A stretch of DNA of 64,000 bases from an uncultured bacterium (GCA_965541585.1 CBEUCH010000001.1:384001-448000), one strand, 5' to 3'. Numbered from the stretch's first letter, positions 38,138 through 48,335 are shown. Notes: generated by a model not told the origin, from the sequence alone. A program made the numbers and translations.

Positions 38138-39964
38138 TTAACCGTCAAAAAATACTCTTCTGAACTTCCGAAATGCCTGGACTATGAAGAATAGCAGGAT
38201 GGTTGAGAACAACAGGGCAACGTAAAGCATAATTTGCCCAATATTGGGTCTGGCGAAAGGACCGACCGGGGAGATTGTTGCGCAGCTGGTTGGCGGGGGG
38301 AGCATGCAGCCGTCGAGAGCTTTGCATGCATTCACCCTGCCGTGCCCGAATTTGTTATCGAAGCCCGGGGGCCCGAGGTCATCCGCTGTGGTTTGAAGCC
38401 GGTTTCTGACTTTAGTCGGACTCCATCCGGGATTTTGAGATAAAAGCAGGGCGGCAACTCCGGCCACGATCGGCGTGGCGCTGGAAGTCCCGTTAAATTT
38501 GGAAAAGTAGTTGCCGTTGCTATATCCTGCCGTTCCGGAAATATCAGTAGTGTAAATATGGACACCGGGGGCAGCAACACTGATCTGCGGACCGAAATTG
38601 CTTCCCCACCACCATTCACCGTCGGCGCTGGTTTTGGTTTTTAACTTATCCCACTCGTTGGTAGCGCTGACGGTAATTATCACTTTACTCGACGACAGGT
38701 AAGCCGGGTATGACACCGGCCCGGCATCATTGCCGGCAGCGAATACGACGACGCGGTTGTTGGTAATGGCATAATCTATGGCCGAGTTGATGGCCGAAGA
38801 GGGGTAACCTCCTCCCCAGCTGTTGCTGAGAACCTTGGCGCCACGATCCACTGCCGTGCGAATACCGTCTTCAATAATTGAGTTGGACGTGATCCAATCC
38901 CCGCCATCGTAGTTACTGTAAGCAATCCTGACCGGCATGATTTTCGTTTTCCACCCGGTTCCGGCAACGCCCTTATTGTTATTTGTGATTGCGGCGGCTA
39001 TCCCGGCGCAGGCCGTACCATGCCCATCCCAGGATTTGGGCTGTTGATTATTATCACCATCTGTCGCATCGTATGGAGTTACGATCTTGTTTTGCAGATC
39101 TTCATGATTTGTATCGACGCCTTCATCTATGATTGCGACTATGATACTGGCGGATCCCTTATCGATATCCCAGGCCTCCGGAGCATCTATGTCTGCGTCG
39201 GCTATCCCGACTGCACCGGTGTTGTTTAGATACCACTGTTTCGAAAACAGAGGATCGGATGGGGTTACCATCGGTGACGGCGTCAGCGCCCCCTCGGGCT
39301 CCATGCCTTCTTCCTCAATTTCCGGACGTTTCGGAACGATTCGAATAAAATTGGGTTCCGAAAATTCCACCAGGGCATCCTGATGATATTGGTTGGAAAT
39401 GGCAAGCGCTTCCCTCGCGGATTTGCCCGGGAATCTCACGGTATATCTGTTGGCGATCTTGTCGTGTTTTTCGATTATCTCCGCATTCCTGCTACTGAGG
39501 GATCGATTGATGCTCTCCTCGGAGGCATCAGGCGTGAATTGAATAATAAACTCGTTTGTGAGAACCTGATCAACGTCCCCGATTGAATACACCGGGTTTG
39601 GTGATTCTACTTCCTCCTTTGCACTCATAATATCCATTGCTGCCTTAAAAGAGCTTGGCCCCACGCCTTCTCCTATCTCTACAAGTACTATACCGTATTT
39701 TTCCAGGACGGGTGACTCCCTGACTATGCCAACAGCGCCTGAGTCAATAGTTGCCTTCAGAGATTGCACACCTGCCGCATCTATCGCCGGAGCGACTTTC
39801 AGGGCCATGTATTTCTGGGAAACAGCCAGTTCAATTCTTTGCCCGTCAACAACATAATAATCTGTTCCGGTCTCCTGCCCTCTGGCATTTTCAAAGAGCC
39901 CGATGCTCAAAATAGATGCCAGCAGGATTGATAACATCATTTCAAAGTTCTTACAGATTCTCAT
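38138..39964 (-). CDS. Secreted S8 subtilisin-like serine protease with C-terminal membrane anchor
   Basis: Signal peptide and prodomain; catalytic IIDEGVD, HGTACAG, AAGN and GTSSATP; C-terminal hydrophobic helix plus RKFRR. Confidence 0.95.
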   Translation of the reverse strand: MRICKNFEMMLSILLASILSIGLFENARGQETGTDYYVVDGQRIELAVSQKYMALKVAPAIDAAGVQSLKATIDSGAVGIVRESPVLEKYGIVLVEIGEGVGPSSFKAAMDIMSAKEEVESPNPVYSIGDVDQVLTNEFIIQFTPDASEESINRSLSSRNAEIIEKHDKIANRYTVRFPGKSAREALAISNQYHQDALVEFSEPNFIRIVPKRPEIEEEGMEPEGALTPSPMVTPSDPLFSKQWYLNNTGAVGIADADIDAPEAWDIDKGSASIIVAIIDEGVDTNHEDLQNKIVTPYDATDGDNNQQPKSWDGHGTACAGIAAAITNNNKGVAGTGWKTKIMPVRIAYSNYDGGDWITSNSIIEDGIRTAVDRGAKVLSNSWGGGYPSSAINSAIDYAITNNRVVVFAAGNDAGPVSYPAYLSSSKVIITVSATNEWDKLKTKTSADGEWWWGSNFGPQISVAAPGVHIYTTDISGTAGYSNGNYFSKFNGTSSATPIVAGVAALLLSQNPGWSPTKVRNRLQTTADDLGPPGFDNKFGHGRVNACKALDGCMLPPPTSCATISPVGPFARPNIGQIMLYVALLFSTILLFFIVQAFRKFRRVFFDG

Positions 39965-40570
39965 TTTCTCTCTCCCCCTTGGTTGGGATGAAACAGATAT
40001 CCTCTATCCTCAAATTGCGCCTCAAAAAGGGATTTTCTCAAATTATCAAGTTGCTCTCCTTTCCTGAAAGATGAAGTTAGAGGTTCAGATCTTATTTTTT
40101 CCAGCCTGTTGTTCTCAATGTGCTGCACAAGATGTATTTCTGATGCAACATGTATTGCCAATATCATTATCTTGTGACAATTAAAGGATCGCTGAATCAT
40201 ATGCAATACTAAAAAAATGCTTAGACAATGCGTAGGGTATCATACGCATTTAGGTGCTTTTCTCTTACTGGGAAAAGGATTTGCTGATCAGATAGTCCGA
40301 TGCGGCGGAGCCCATATACAAGAATTCGGCGTTGGATTCCGGACAAGCAGAGCATCTAATCGAACCGTCGGCCTTTGTAACCACTGCAAAGACCATGGGG
40401 AAGTTCGATCGGGAGTCGGCTGCTCGAACGATTAGATTAGGAGCAGGTCGTGTATTCGTGACAATGGTAGTGTCAAGATCCACACGGTTCTCAATGATCA
40501 GCCTTCGGCCGGAACGAATTTAATCCTATATACGATAACCGATTATGGGCACCTAAAAAAAGTTTGCCGA

Positions 40571-40585
40571 TGGCACAGAATTAGC
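40571..40585 (+). promoter_or_regulatory. sigma54 (-24/-12) promoter
   Basis: TGGCACAGAATTAGC with exact GG-N10-GC spacing, 50 bp upstream of an operon encoding a sigma54 activator. Confidence 0.7.
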
Positions 40586-40635
40586 GTAAAATAGATTGCA
40601 GACCATAAATTATCGCCAGCAAAGATGAGAGGCGG

Positions 40636-42402
40636 ATGAAAAAGCATTTAATCTTGGTGATTCTTCTATGCGGCCGCAGCCTGGTTATGGCGGGGACGCA
40701 GGACTATGTCAAATGTGATGTGATCTATATGAGGCCCAATGTGCTCTATTTTAACGCCGGGGGATCTGACGGCGTGGCAGCAGGTGAATCCTTCGAGATC
40801 CTGTATGATGAGAGACTGGTGGCAATAGGCAAGATAGACTGGGCCGATAAGAACATATCGAGGTCAGAGGAACTGGATTCCACGATTTTCGCAGAAATCT
40901 ACTTTTACGACGATCTCAAGGCAAGAATCAACCTCTTCGCTCCTCAGGCTAACCGTGGGGGATTCATCAATATACCGTATTTTTCAGATCTGAGTCTCGA
41001 ACCATCCACCATAAATACGGTCGACGAGAAAACAGTGGGGAGATTGATCCACAGGGGCTTGCTGGCTAAAGACGGAAACAGTGATATCGTTCCGGATCTG
41101 GCAGGTGTTTACGAAGTCAGGGCGTTAACCTATACATTTTACCTAAGACCCGATGCCAGGTTTCATTCAGGCAAGCCGGTGGAGGCAACCGACGTGGCTT
41201 ATTCTCTGGAGCAACTCGCCCTCTCGCCAAAATTAACTGCGGCTTCGTGTTTTGTTTTAGGAATTAAAGGGGCAACAGAGTTCCGCCACAGGATAACAAA
41301 TGAGATTTCCGGCTTATTCTTAATAAATAAGAAAACGATCTCAATAACATTGAAGCAACCCTTTCCCGCATTCGAGGAATACCTGGCAGGGCCGGCCGGT
41401 TATATAATACCCCGGCCGGGGTTGGCGATGCCGGGAGGAAACATCCTTGGTGCGGGAACATACAGGATCAAGTGGCGCAACCCCGATGGCTTTACCCTCG
41501 GGAGATACGCCTCCGATGCCGCTGCAGGATTTCTGGACAGCATCCGTTTCCTCAGATTTCCCGGCGTGGAGGAGGCAGCGCTGGCTTTCGAGCTCGGCCG
41601 GCTGGATTTGATGTCGGCGCTGGGTTCGCCACCGCCAAAATTCATTTCCAGGGAAGAGCATACATCGATGCTAACGAAATCGTTCTGCTCCGTGGTGCTT
41701 GGCGTCAACGGCAGACGAGATTTTCAGAAAAATCAGGCGTTTTCCAAGGCGTTATCATTTATGCTCGATCGCGAGACTACTATTAGAGTTATACTTGGCG
41801 GTTCTGCGAGGATTCCTGAAAGTCCAATCCCGGGATTCGGGTCGGGTGGCGAAATGGACTTCAGCTTTGATCCGGATTCCGTCGATTATTATCTTAACTC
41901 AATTGAAAAACTACCGACGGTTGTCACTCTCTATACGGATTCTCATTACCCGGCCCTGGAGAACGTCGCTCGATATATTACAGGGCAATTGCGAAACAGG
42001 GGCATTCGCGTTGAAGAGAGAAAAACCGATCTTTCTTTTCTGGAGGAGGTCGATGCAGGTTCCCGGATCGATCTATACCTCGATTACTTCAATCCCGTCT
42101 CAGATGACCCGGATTGTCTAACTTATCCACTCTACAGCCTCAGGCTGTCGGGACAGACGAATTTCCTGTATTATGATGATGACGCATTCCAGACGTTCCT
42201 TGATAAGCTTCGTATTGAAACTGACATCGAGAGACGAAACAGCATAGCTCATGGATTAGCGCAATCTCTGGCCAAAGATCCGCCGGCGGTTATATTATAC
42301 CAGCCACATCTGATTACGATTGTGAAAGCGGACATTTCCGGGTTCATACCTCTGGAGGAGGGCTTCTTAGATTTGCGCGGGACCTTCATAGAGTCTGAAT
42401 GA
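40636..42402 (+). CDS. Family 5 (peptide/nickel-type) solute-binding protein with an extra N-terminal domain
   Basis: GL......IVPDLA...YTFYLR..ARFHSGKPV.A.DV.YS and G.G.Y motifs; signal peptide. Confidence 0.85.
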   Translation: MKKHLILVILLCGRSLVMAGTQDYVKCDVIYMRPNVLYFNAGGSDGVAAGESFEILYDERLVAIGKIDWADKNISRSEELDSTIFAEIYFYDDLKARINLFAPQANRGGFINIPYFSDLSLEPSTINTVDEKTVGRLIHRGLLAKDGNSDIVPDLAGVYEVRALTYTFYLRPDARFHSGKPVEATDVAYSLEQLALSPKLTAASCFVLGIKGATEFRHRITNEISGLFLINKKTISITLKQPFPAFEEYLAGPAGYIIPRPGLAMPGGNILGAGTYRIKWRNPDGFTLGRYASDAAAGFLDSIRFLRFPGVEEAALAFELGRLDLMSALGSPPPKFISREEHTSMLTKSFCSVVLGVNGRRDFQKNQAFSKALSFMLDRETTIRVILGGSARIPESPIPGFGSGGEMDFSFDPDSVDYYLNSIEKLPTVVTLYTDSHYPALENVARYITGQLRNRGIRVEERKTDLSFLEEVDAGSRIDLYLDYFNPVSDDPDCLTYPLYSLRLSGQTNFLYYDDDAFQTFLDKLRIETDIERRNSIAHGLAQSLAKDPPAVILYQPHLITIVKADISGFIPLEEGFLDLRGTFIESE

Positions 42403-44144
42403 TGAGACTTAAAAGACGAATAATACTCCTCTTAATAGTAGCCGCAGTATTGCCATTGTTTGCCGTGTTTGTCTCTCTGGCGGTGTATGCCAATAAGCAA
42501 CGGGATTCGCTGGTCGAAATGAAATTGAACAGCGTATATGGCGGTGCGGTCAGCTTGTATGAAAGGCAGGGGGCGGCCATTCTCTCTCAGATGAGCCACC
42601 TGGCGGAGGATCCCGGGCTAATGCGATACCTTCTGGTCAAAGACAGAAACGGATTTATCGACCAGCAGGGACTGATCGATCTTACGGTGAAGATGAAAAA
42701 CCTTCTCAACCTTGATTTCTTAACGGTTGTGGCTCCCGGCGGTTTGGTTGTGGCTCGCGGACATGATCCGGGCTTGTTTGGAGATTTCGTTTCGACCGAT
42801 CCTGTTTTTATGGAGGCCCTGAAGGGGCAGAAAGTCCAGTCGCTGGATAAGGTTTCATACGCCGGGAGCGAATTTTTAATCTCTATGGGTATAGCTCCTA
42901 TCTGGTATGAGAACAGAGAGATGATCGGAGTGGTCGCTGGCGGCGAATATCTCGACGATGAATTCTGCAGAAACCTCCAGGTTCTTTCAGGGGCCGAAAT
43001 TCTCTTGGTCGAAGGCAACAATCTGCTTGCCAAAACGATACCGGGAAGAGCAGACGAGCTTTTGATCTATCTACAGGACAAGAAACAGTTTCGCACGAAA
43101 GTCGAGGGTTTCTGGTATACTTTCTCGCGGTATCCACTTCTGGATTTCTCGGGAAATAAGGTCGCCGATCTTCTTATGGGCGTATCGACACATGATCTCG
43201 ATATACTCTTCGGCAATATGCGCCTGATCTACGGCGGTTTTGCCATAGGAGGACTTATTCTGGCGGTGATATTCGGCTATTTTTTTGCAATAGGATTTAC
43301 ACGACCCATATACAAGCTTACCTGGGTTGCCGACCGCCTGGCAGACGGCGACTTTTCTGCAAGAGTGAATTACAATGGCCGTGGTGAGCTTGGCAATTTA
43401 ATCGATACTTTTAACAAGATGGCCGCCGATTTAGAAGATTACCGCAATAAGATCGTGGAGACAGAGAGGCTTTCCGCATTCACCATGATGGCGCGTAAGG
43501 TGGCACATGAAATCAAAAATCCCCTGACTCCCATCAGGATCGCAGTCGAGGATCTCAGGCGGGCGTTTACTAAAGCCGATTCGAAATTCGCAGAGGATTT
43601 CGACCGCTCCACCACAACAGTCCTTCAGGAGGTGCAGTCGCTTTCGAAGATCGTGGAGGAATTTTCTGAATTCGCTAAATTTCCTCCGCCTGTACTTGCG
43701 CCCGATGATTTAAACAAGATTGTAGAAGCCACCCTCTCCCTTTACGGAAAAGAACTGGACGAGGGCACGCTCAAGGCCGATCTATCATCGAAACCGATTC
43801 CGGTGTTCGCAGACAGAAACCAGATCAAGAGAGCAGCCTTGAACCTCATCAAAAATAGTCTTGAAGCTATTCCTCCCCGAGGACATGTTACCCTCAGAAC
43901 ATTTTCGTCGGATCGGACCGCGACTCTGATAATTGCCGACAATGGCCCGGGGTTATCGATTCAGGCCAGGGAAAACCTCTTTAGTCCCTACTTCACGACG
44001 AAGCCGGGGGGGTCGGGGTTAGGATTGGTGATTGTCAAAAAAATAGTCAGCGAACATGAAGGCCGGATAAAGATCGGCAGCTCAACCGAGGGCGGCACCG
44101 CAGCGATCCTGGAACTTCCTCTGCGAAAAGACCGTCCACAATGA
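42399..44144 (+). CDS. Sensor histidine kinase (Cache/HAMP/HisKA, NtrY-like)
   Basis: Two TM segments, HAMP, H-box VAHEIKNPL, N-box, DNGPG and FTTK..GSGLGL. Confidence 0.95.
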   Translation: MMRLKRRIILLLIVAAVLPLFAVFVSLAVYANKQRDSLVEMKLNSVYGGAVSLYERQGAAILSQMSHLAEDPGLMRYLLVKDRNGFIDQQGLIDLTVKMKNLLNLDFLTVVAPGGLVVARGHDPGLFGDFVSTDPVFMEALKGQKVQSLDKVSYAGSEFLISMGIAPIWYENREMIGVVAGGEYLDDEFCRNLQVLSGAEILLVEGNNLLAKTIPGRADELLIYLQDKKQFRTKVEGFWYTFSRYPLLDFSGNKVADLLMGVSTHDLDILFGNMRLIYGGFAIGGLILAVIFGYFFAIGFTRPIYKLTWVADRLADGDFSARVNYNGRGELGNLIDTFNKMAADLEDYRNKIVETERLSAFTMMARKVAHEIKNPLTPIRIAVEDLRRAFTKADSKFAEDFDRSTTTVLQEVQSLSKIVEEFSEFAKFPPPVLAPDDLNKIVEATLSLYGKELDEGTLKADLSSKPIPVFADRNQIKRAALNLIKNSLEAIPPRGHVTLRTFSSDRTATLIIADNGPGLSIQARENLFSPYFTTKPGGSGLGLVIVKKIVSEHEGRIKIGSSTEGGTAAILELPLRKDRPQ

Positions 44145-44166
44145 AGCCATAAATAAGGAGATCCTT

Positions 44167-45540
44167 TTGAGAATTCTCATTGTCGATGATGAACCTAACA
44201 TACTTTCGTCGGTTGGTTCGGCATTGAAGCGTTCGGGTCATGAGGTGACAACGGCGGGATCTTTCGCGGAGGCCAGGGGAATCCTGGATGATTCGATCGA
44301 CGTTGCCCTGCTGGACGTGTGGCTGGGAGACGGAGACGGTATCGAGCTTCTATCGATAATAAAGAAAAAGATTCCACATGTTGAGTGCGTGATGATCTCC
44401 GGGCATGCTGAGATCGAGACTGCTGTCACTGCCGTGAAATCAGGTGCTTACGATTTTCTTGAAAAGCCTCTTTCCCTGGAAAAGATCGATGTTATCCTAA
44501 GCAACATATCGCGCCTTAAAAGGCTTGAGACCGAGAGGAATGATCTCCGCCAGCTTCTCGTCGATGATGGTCGCCTTATCGGTCAATCAAGAGCCATTCG
44601 GGAATTGGAAAAGGCTGTTAAACGGGTAGCGCCGGAGGATTCGCGGATATTGATTACAGGCGAGAACGGTACCGGTAAGGAGCTTGTGGCCCGAATGATA
44701 CACGAACTATCCCTTAAGAGCGAGGGGCCGTTTGTGGCTGTCAACTGCGCGGCCCTGCCTGATGATCTGATAGAATCGGAACTTTTCGGATACGAGAAAG
44801 GAGCTTTTACGGGTGCGGTGAGATCGAAACCAGGGCGGTTCGAGATGGCTGCGGGAGGGACCTTATTCTTGGATGAGATCGCGGAGACGTCCTCCAGAAC
44901 CCAGGCTAAGCTCTTGCGAGCAGTCGAAGAGGGCACGTTCACTCATCTGGGAGGGACGGCTGAGATCAGATCCGACGCCAGGTTGATAGCGGCTTCGAAT
45001 AAGAATCTCAAACAGGTAGTAGCCGACGGTAAATTTCGTGAAGATCTGTTTTATCGTCTGGCGGTGCTACCGATCGAGATTCCCCCGTTGCGAGAGAGAC
45101 GGGAGGACATTCCGCTATTAGTCGAATATTTCTCAGAAAGGTTCTGCCGCCGGAGAGGGCGTCCGGCGAAGAGGTTCAGCAAATCTACCATGGATTTGTT
45201 CGTGAAATATTCCTATCCCGGAAATATCCGGGAGCTGGCCAATTATGTCGAAAGAATTGCAATAATGTCGGAATCTGAGACTATCGACTCGGCGGAGATT
45301 GAAAATCTGCTTCCACATCTCGTGGGAGGGGGACCGTGCGGCACGCTAAAGATTGCGTCCGAGCAATTCGAGCGAGATTATATAAAAAAGACAATTACCG
45401 GTGCCGGAAGCAATATGACCAGGGCTGCCGAGATATTAGGTCTTGAACGCAGCCATCTTTATAAAAAGATGAAGGCCCTGGGCATGGAACACAAGGGCAG
45501 GCAGGGGGGTGTCAATGATCGGCAGGATTGCCGGGAATGA
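44167..45540 (+). CDS. sigma54-dependent response regulator (NtrC/NtrX family)
   Basis: Receiver ILIVDD..LLD, GENGTGKE, GAFTGA, FLDEI and Fis-type HTH. Confidence 0.96.
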   Translation: MRILIVDDEPNILSSVGSALKRSGHEVTTAGSFAEARGILDDSIDVALLDVWLGDGDGIELLSIIKKKIPHVECVMISGHAEIETAVTAVKSGAYDFLEKPLSLEKIDVILSNISRLKRLETERNDLRQLLVDDGRLIGQSRAIRELEKAVKRVAPEDSRILITGENGTGKELVARMIHELSLKSEGPFVAVNCAALPDDLIESELFGYEKGAFTGAVRSKPGRFEMAAGGTLFLDEIAETSSRTQAKLLRAVEEGTFTHLGGTAEIRSDARLIAASNKNLKQVVADGKFREDLFYRLAVLPIEIPPLRERREDIPLLVEYFSERFCRRRGRPAKRFSKSTMDLFVKYSYPGNIRELANYVERIAIMSESETIDSAEIENLLPHLVGGGPCGTLKIASEQFERDYIKKTITGAGSNMTRAAEILGLERSHLYKKMKALGMEHKGRQGGVNDRQDCRE

Positions 45541-45632
45541 TCTCTTTTTATTTCCAGAACAAGATTGATTACGGCATCAGGCGGTCTGGCCCTGGAATAA
45601 TGACTTGACATGGAAAGCAATATTATTATTTA

Positions 45633-46232
45633 TTGTCCTGGGAGGACGGTATCCGGCCCCTGATCAGAGTGGTTACCGGTCTGGGTAATCCGGGGCGGGA
45701 TTCTGAGCGAACGAGGCACAACCTCGGTTTTGAGGTTGTTGATTTTTTAAAGGGGAAATCGGAATTCGCAGCAGGCGAGGGGGACTTTTACCGTTGCGAT
45801 ACGGTTATTTCCTCTGTAAAGATAGTTCTTTTAAAACCGACCACATTTATGAACCGTTCCGGGATCGCCATCCGGCAGATAATCGCGGCCGAGGGTCTTT
45901 CACCGAACGAAGTTCTGGTGATCGCCGATGATTTCAATCTGCCCCTGGGGAGGATAAGGCTCAGGATTTCGGGTTCTGACGGCGGTCACAACGGACTGGC
46001 CTCGGTAATCTACCAGCTCGGTACGGAGGATCTCCCGCGCATCAGGCTGGGGATCGGGCCGGTGCCCGAGAGTGTTCCTTCAGAGGATTTTGTTCTGGAG
46101 AAGTTTAAACCGGGCGAGGTGGCCTCGGCTCAGAGAATGGTGGAGCGAGCTGCGAATGCCGTTTCTACCTGGCTGGAGCAAGGATTTGAAAAGTCGGCGT
46201 CCATATTCAACCTGGCGCCTGTTGATAACTGA
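45633..46232 (+). CDS. pth: Peptidyl-tRNA hydrolase (true start probably a few codons downstream)
   Basis: GLGNPG, TRHN.GF, KP.TFMN.SG and GGHNGL motifs. Confidence 0.96.
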   Translation: MSWEDGIRPLIRVVTGLGNPGRDSERTRHNLGFEVVDFLKGKSEFAAGEGDFYRCDTVISSVKIVLLKPTTFMNRSGIAIRQIIAAEGLSPNEVLVIADDFNLPLGRIRLRISGSDGGHNGLASVIYQLGTEDLPRIRLGIGPVPESVPSEDFVLEKFKPGEVASAQRMVERAANAVSTWLEQGFEKSASIFNLAPVDN

Positions 46233-46242
46233 AGACGCGTAG

Positions 46243-46313
46243 CGCGTTTCCCTACCCCGCCGCTTACTTGTGGTAGCTGCGGCCGGGGTCTTGAAAGTCC
46301 AAAGGGAGGTAGC
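46243..46313 (+). promoter_or_regulatory. rpsF leader, S6:S18-type autoregulatory RNA
   Basis: TCCCT (46249-53) can pair with the SD AGGGA (46303-07) and encloses ACCCCG/CGGGGT and GCCGC/GCGGC stems. Confidence 0.65.
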
Positions 46314-46676
46314 ATGAGGCTCTACGAGCTTACCCTGATCATTGATTCATCCTTGGATGAATCCACCATACAAACTGAAATCGAAAAGATCGAAACTCGT
46401 ATTACAGATTCTGGCGGGAAGATCCACCGGCTTGACCGTTGGGGTTTGAAGCGGCTTGCGTACGAGATTAAAAAGCACACCCAGGGGTATTATGTTTTCT
46501 TCCTGTTTGAAGCTGATCCCGGTCTAACTACTGAAATAGAGAAGAATCTAAAACTCAGCGAAAACATTCTCCGCTACCTGACTATTCTTTCACCTTCCGA
46601 GGTTCCTGCTGCGAAGAAATCCGAAGAGACAGGAGAAACCGGCCAACCTGATGAAACTGCGCCGGTACGGGAATAA
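46314..46676 (+). CDS. rpsF: 30S ribosomal protein S6
   Basis: MR.YE, WG.KRLAYEIKK and ILRYL motifs. Confidence 0.97.
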   Translation: MRLYELTLIIDSSLDESTIQTEIEKIETRITDSGGKIHRLDRWGLKRLAYEIKKHTQGYYVFFLFEADPGLTTEIEKNLKLSENILRYLTILSPSEVPAAKKSEETGETGQPDETAPVRE

Positions 46677-46679
46677 ACG

Positions 46680-47090
46680 ATGGCATCTACGAGACTGCCG
46701 AACTTGAATCGTGTTATGATAGTGGGCAATCTGACCCGCGACCCGGATCTCAGGGCAACTACGTCAGGGGTCCCGGTCATCAATTTCAGGATAGCCTCTA
46801 ACAGGCGATTCAGGGACAATTCAGGGGAGTGGAGAGAGGATGTCTGCTATGTAGGAGTGGTAGCCTGGCAAAAACTGGCTGAATCCTGCGCCGCCATGCT
46901 CAGAAAGGGAAGCGCCGTGTATATCGAGGGTGAGCTTCGTTCCCGAACGTTCGACAATGGCGATGGCACTAAGCGTAACCTGCTGGAAATCAGGGCGTAC
47001 CATATTCAATTCCTCGATAAGGAAGAAAAACCTGATGGAGATATCGGAGATTCCGAATACCTTGAATCTGACGAAAACGATTGTAATTGA
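46680..47090 (+). CDS. ssb: Single-stranded DNA-binding protein (short, no PF tip)
   Basis: LNRV..VGNLTRDP.LR and KGS.VYIEG.L motifs; located between rpsF and rpsR. Confidence 0.92.
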   Translation: MASTRLPNLNRVMIVGNLTRDPDLRATTSGVPVINFRIASNRRFRDNSGEWREDVCYVGVVAWQKLAESCAAMLRKGSAVYIEGELRSRTFDNGDGTKRNLLEIRAYHIQFLDKEEKPDGDIGDSEYLESDENDCN

Positions 47091-47103
47091 ACAGGGAGAA
47101 TAA

Positions 47104-47328
47104 ATGGAGAGGCGAAGAAGGAAAGTATGCAGATTCTGCGAGCACAAGTCGATGCTTATCGACTACAAAGAGGAACGGCTATTAAGGAGGTATGTCACCG
47201 AACGGGGGAAGATTATTCCCAGACGGATTTCCGGTAATTGCGCCAAGCACCAGAGAGAATTAACCAGGGCCATCAAGCGAGGCCGGATTATAGCGCTATT
47301 ACCATATACCGCGGCATCGCGCGATTAA
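47104..47328 (+). CDS. rpsR: 30S ribosomal protein S18 (Zn-binding type)
   Basis: KVCRFC, IDYK and [18 protein letters not shown] motifs. Confidence 0.97.
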   Translation: MERRRRKVCRFCEHKSMLIDYKEERLLRRYVTERGKIIPRRISGNCAKHQRELTRAIKRGRIIALLPYTAASRD

Positions 47329-47348
47329 GATTGAAAGGCATTCGACCA

Positions 47349-48335
47349 ATGCGGTCGGTTGAATACAGGCTCTCGCTCTGGGGCGGAGTTGCTGTCGCTC
47401 TCTCCGGCTTGATGTGGGTAACGCCGGGGATAAATGCAATCGCGGCCACGGCAGGGATTGCCGGGTTAACGCTCGTTATCGCCAGGCTCGGATTTTCAAG
47501 GGGATTTCTAACTGCTCTCACGGGAGCCGCCTGGGCGCTTTTGATTTGCTCTTTGACAAAAGGATATCAAGCTGGATTAGCACTTACTCTGATCTACATT
47601 CTGGCCGTCATTGCGCCGGCTTTTATGATGGGATGGGGATCCCGCAAACTGGCGACTCCTGCAACAACAGTTTCTTACGGCCTGATACCTCCCGGCATAC
47701 TTCTTGTGTTATTCTTGTTTATCTATCCTGGGATAATTGAGGATTTGCCAGTGCTGATTGCCGAAATCGATATTGCGCTGAGGTCGATAGTCGAGGCGAG
47801 TCCGGAGCTCTCGGGTCTGATAGCAAAACAGTATGCTCCCGCTGACGGTTCGCTGGAGAGGTTCCTCAAAGAGCTCGGTAAAATGATCGAATTCGTGATG
47901 AAGATTGTGCCATCAATAATCATACTGGGGTCTTTAGGCATGATAATGGCCGGGCTGGCAGTTGCAGGTCCGGTAGCTTCAAGATTGGGGATTATGATTC
48001 CCCGTTTCCGACCGTTTTATCTGTGGCGCGTCAGCTGGCATTGGCTTCTACCGACCATTCTGGGTCTGATAGCTGTGGTCTTTCTAAAAGACGATTTCTG
48101 GTTTTACTCAGGTATAAACCTGCTTATCGTAAGCGGTCATGTTTATGCGGTGGTAGGCATGGCGATAGTGGAGGCTTTTTTCAAAAGGGTCATGATCCCT
48201 GTACCTATCAGAGTGATTTTCTATGCAATTCTGTTGCTATCCAGCGTGTTTGCCCTAATATTCCTGGCGGTACTGGGGCTTGCCGACAGTAAGTTTAACT
48301 TCGCAAGAGAGGAAACGGAAAATAAAAACGATTGA
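47349..48335 (+). CDS. DUF2232 (YybS-like) membrane protein
   Basis: Polytopic; F..W...W and LGLAD..FNF motifs; conserved position between rpsR and rplI; ATG at 47349 preferred over TTG at 47238. Confidence 0.82.
   Translation: MRSVEYRLSLWGGVAVALSGLMWVTPGINAIAATAGIAGLTLVIARLGFSRGFLTALTGAAWALLICSLTKGYQAGLALTLIYILAVIAPAFMMGWGSRKLATPATTVSYGLIPPGILLVLFLFIYPGIIEDLPVLIAEIDIALRSIVEASPELSGLIAKQYAPADGSLERFLKELGKMIEFVMKIVPSIIILGSLGMIMAGLAVAGPVASRLGIMIPRFRPFYLWRVSWHWLLPTILGLIAVVFLKDDFWFYSGINLLIVSGHVYAVVGMAIVEAFFKRVMIPVPIRVIFYAILLLSSVFALIFLAVLGLADSKFNFAREETENKND

Noticed and set aside
39961..40206. 81-aa ORF overlapping the subtilase start
   Set aside because: No recognisable motif or clear RBS; it spans the likely promoter region of the protease
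40217..40523. Short overlapping ORFs in the divergent intergenic region
   Set aside because: Three mutually overlapping ORFs of 63-72 aa with no motif or RBS support
47238..47348. TTG start of the DUF2232 ORF given in the track
   Set aside because: It would overlap rpsR by about 90 bp, and ATG 47349 fits better; starts at 49966, 51800 and 61608 were shortened for the same reason
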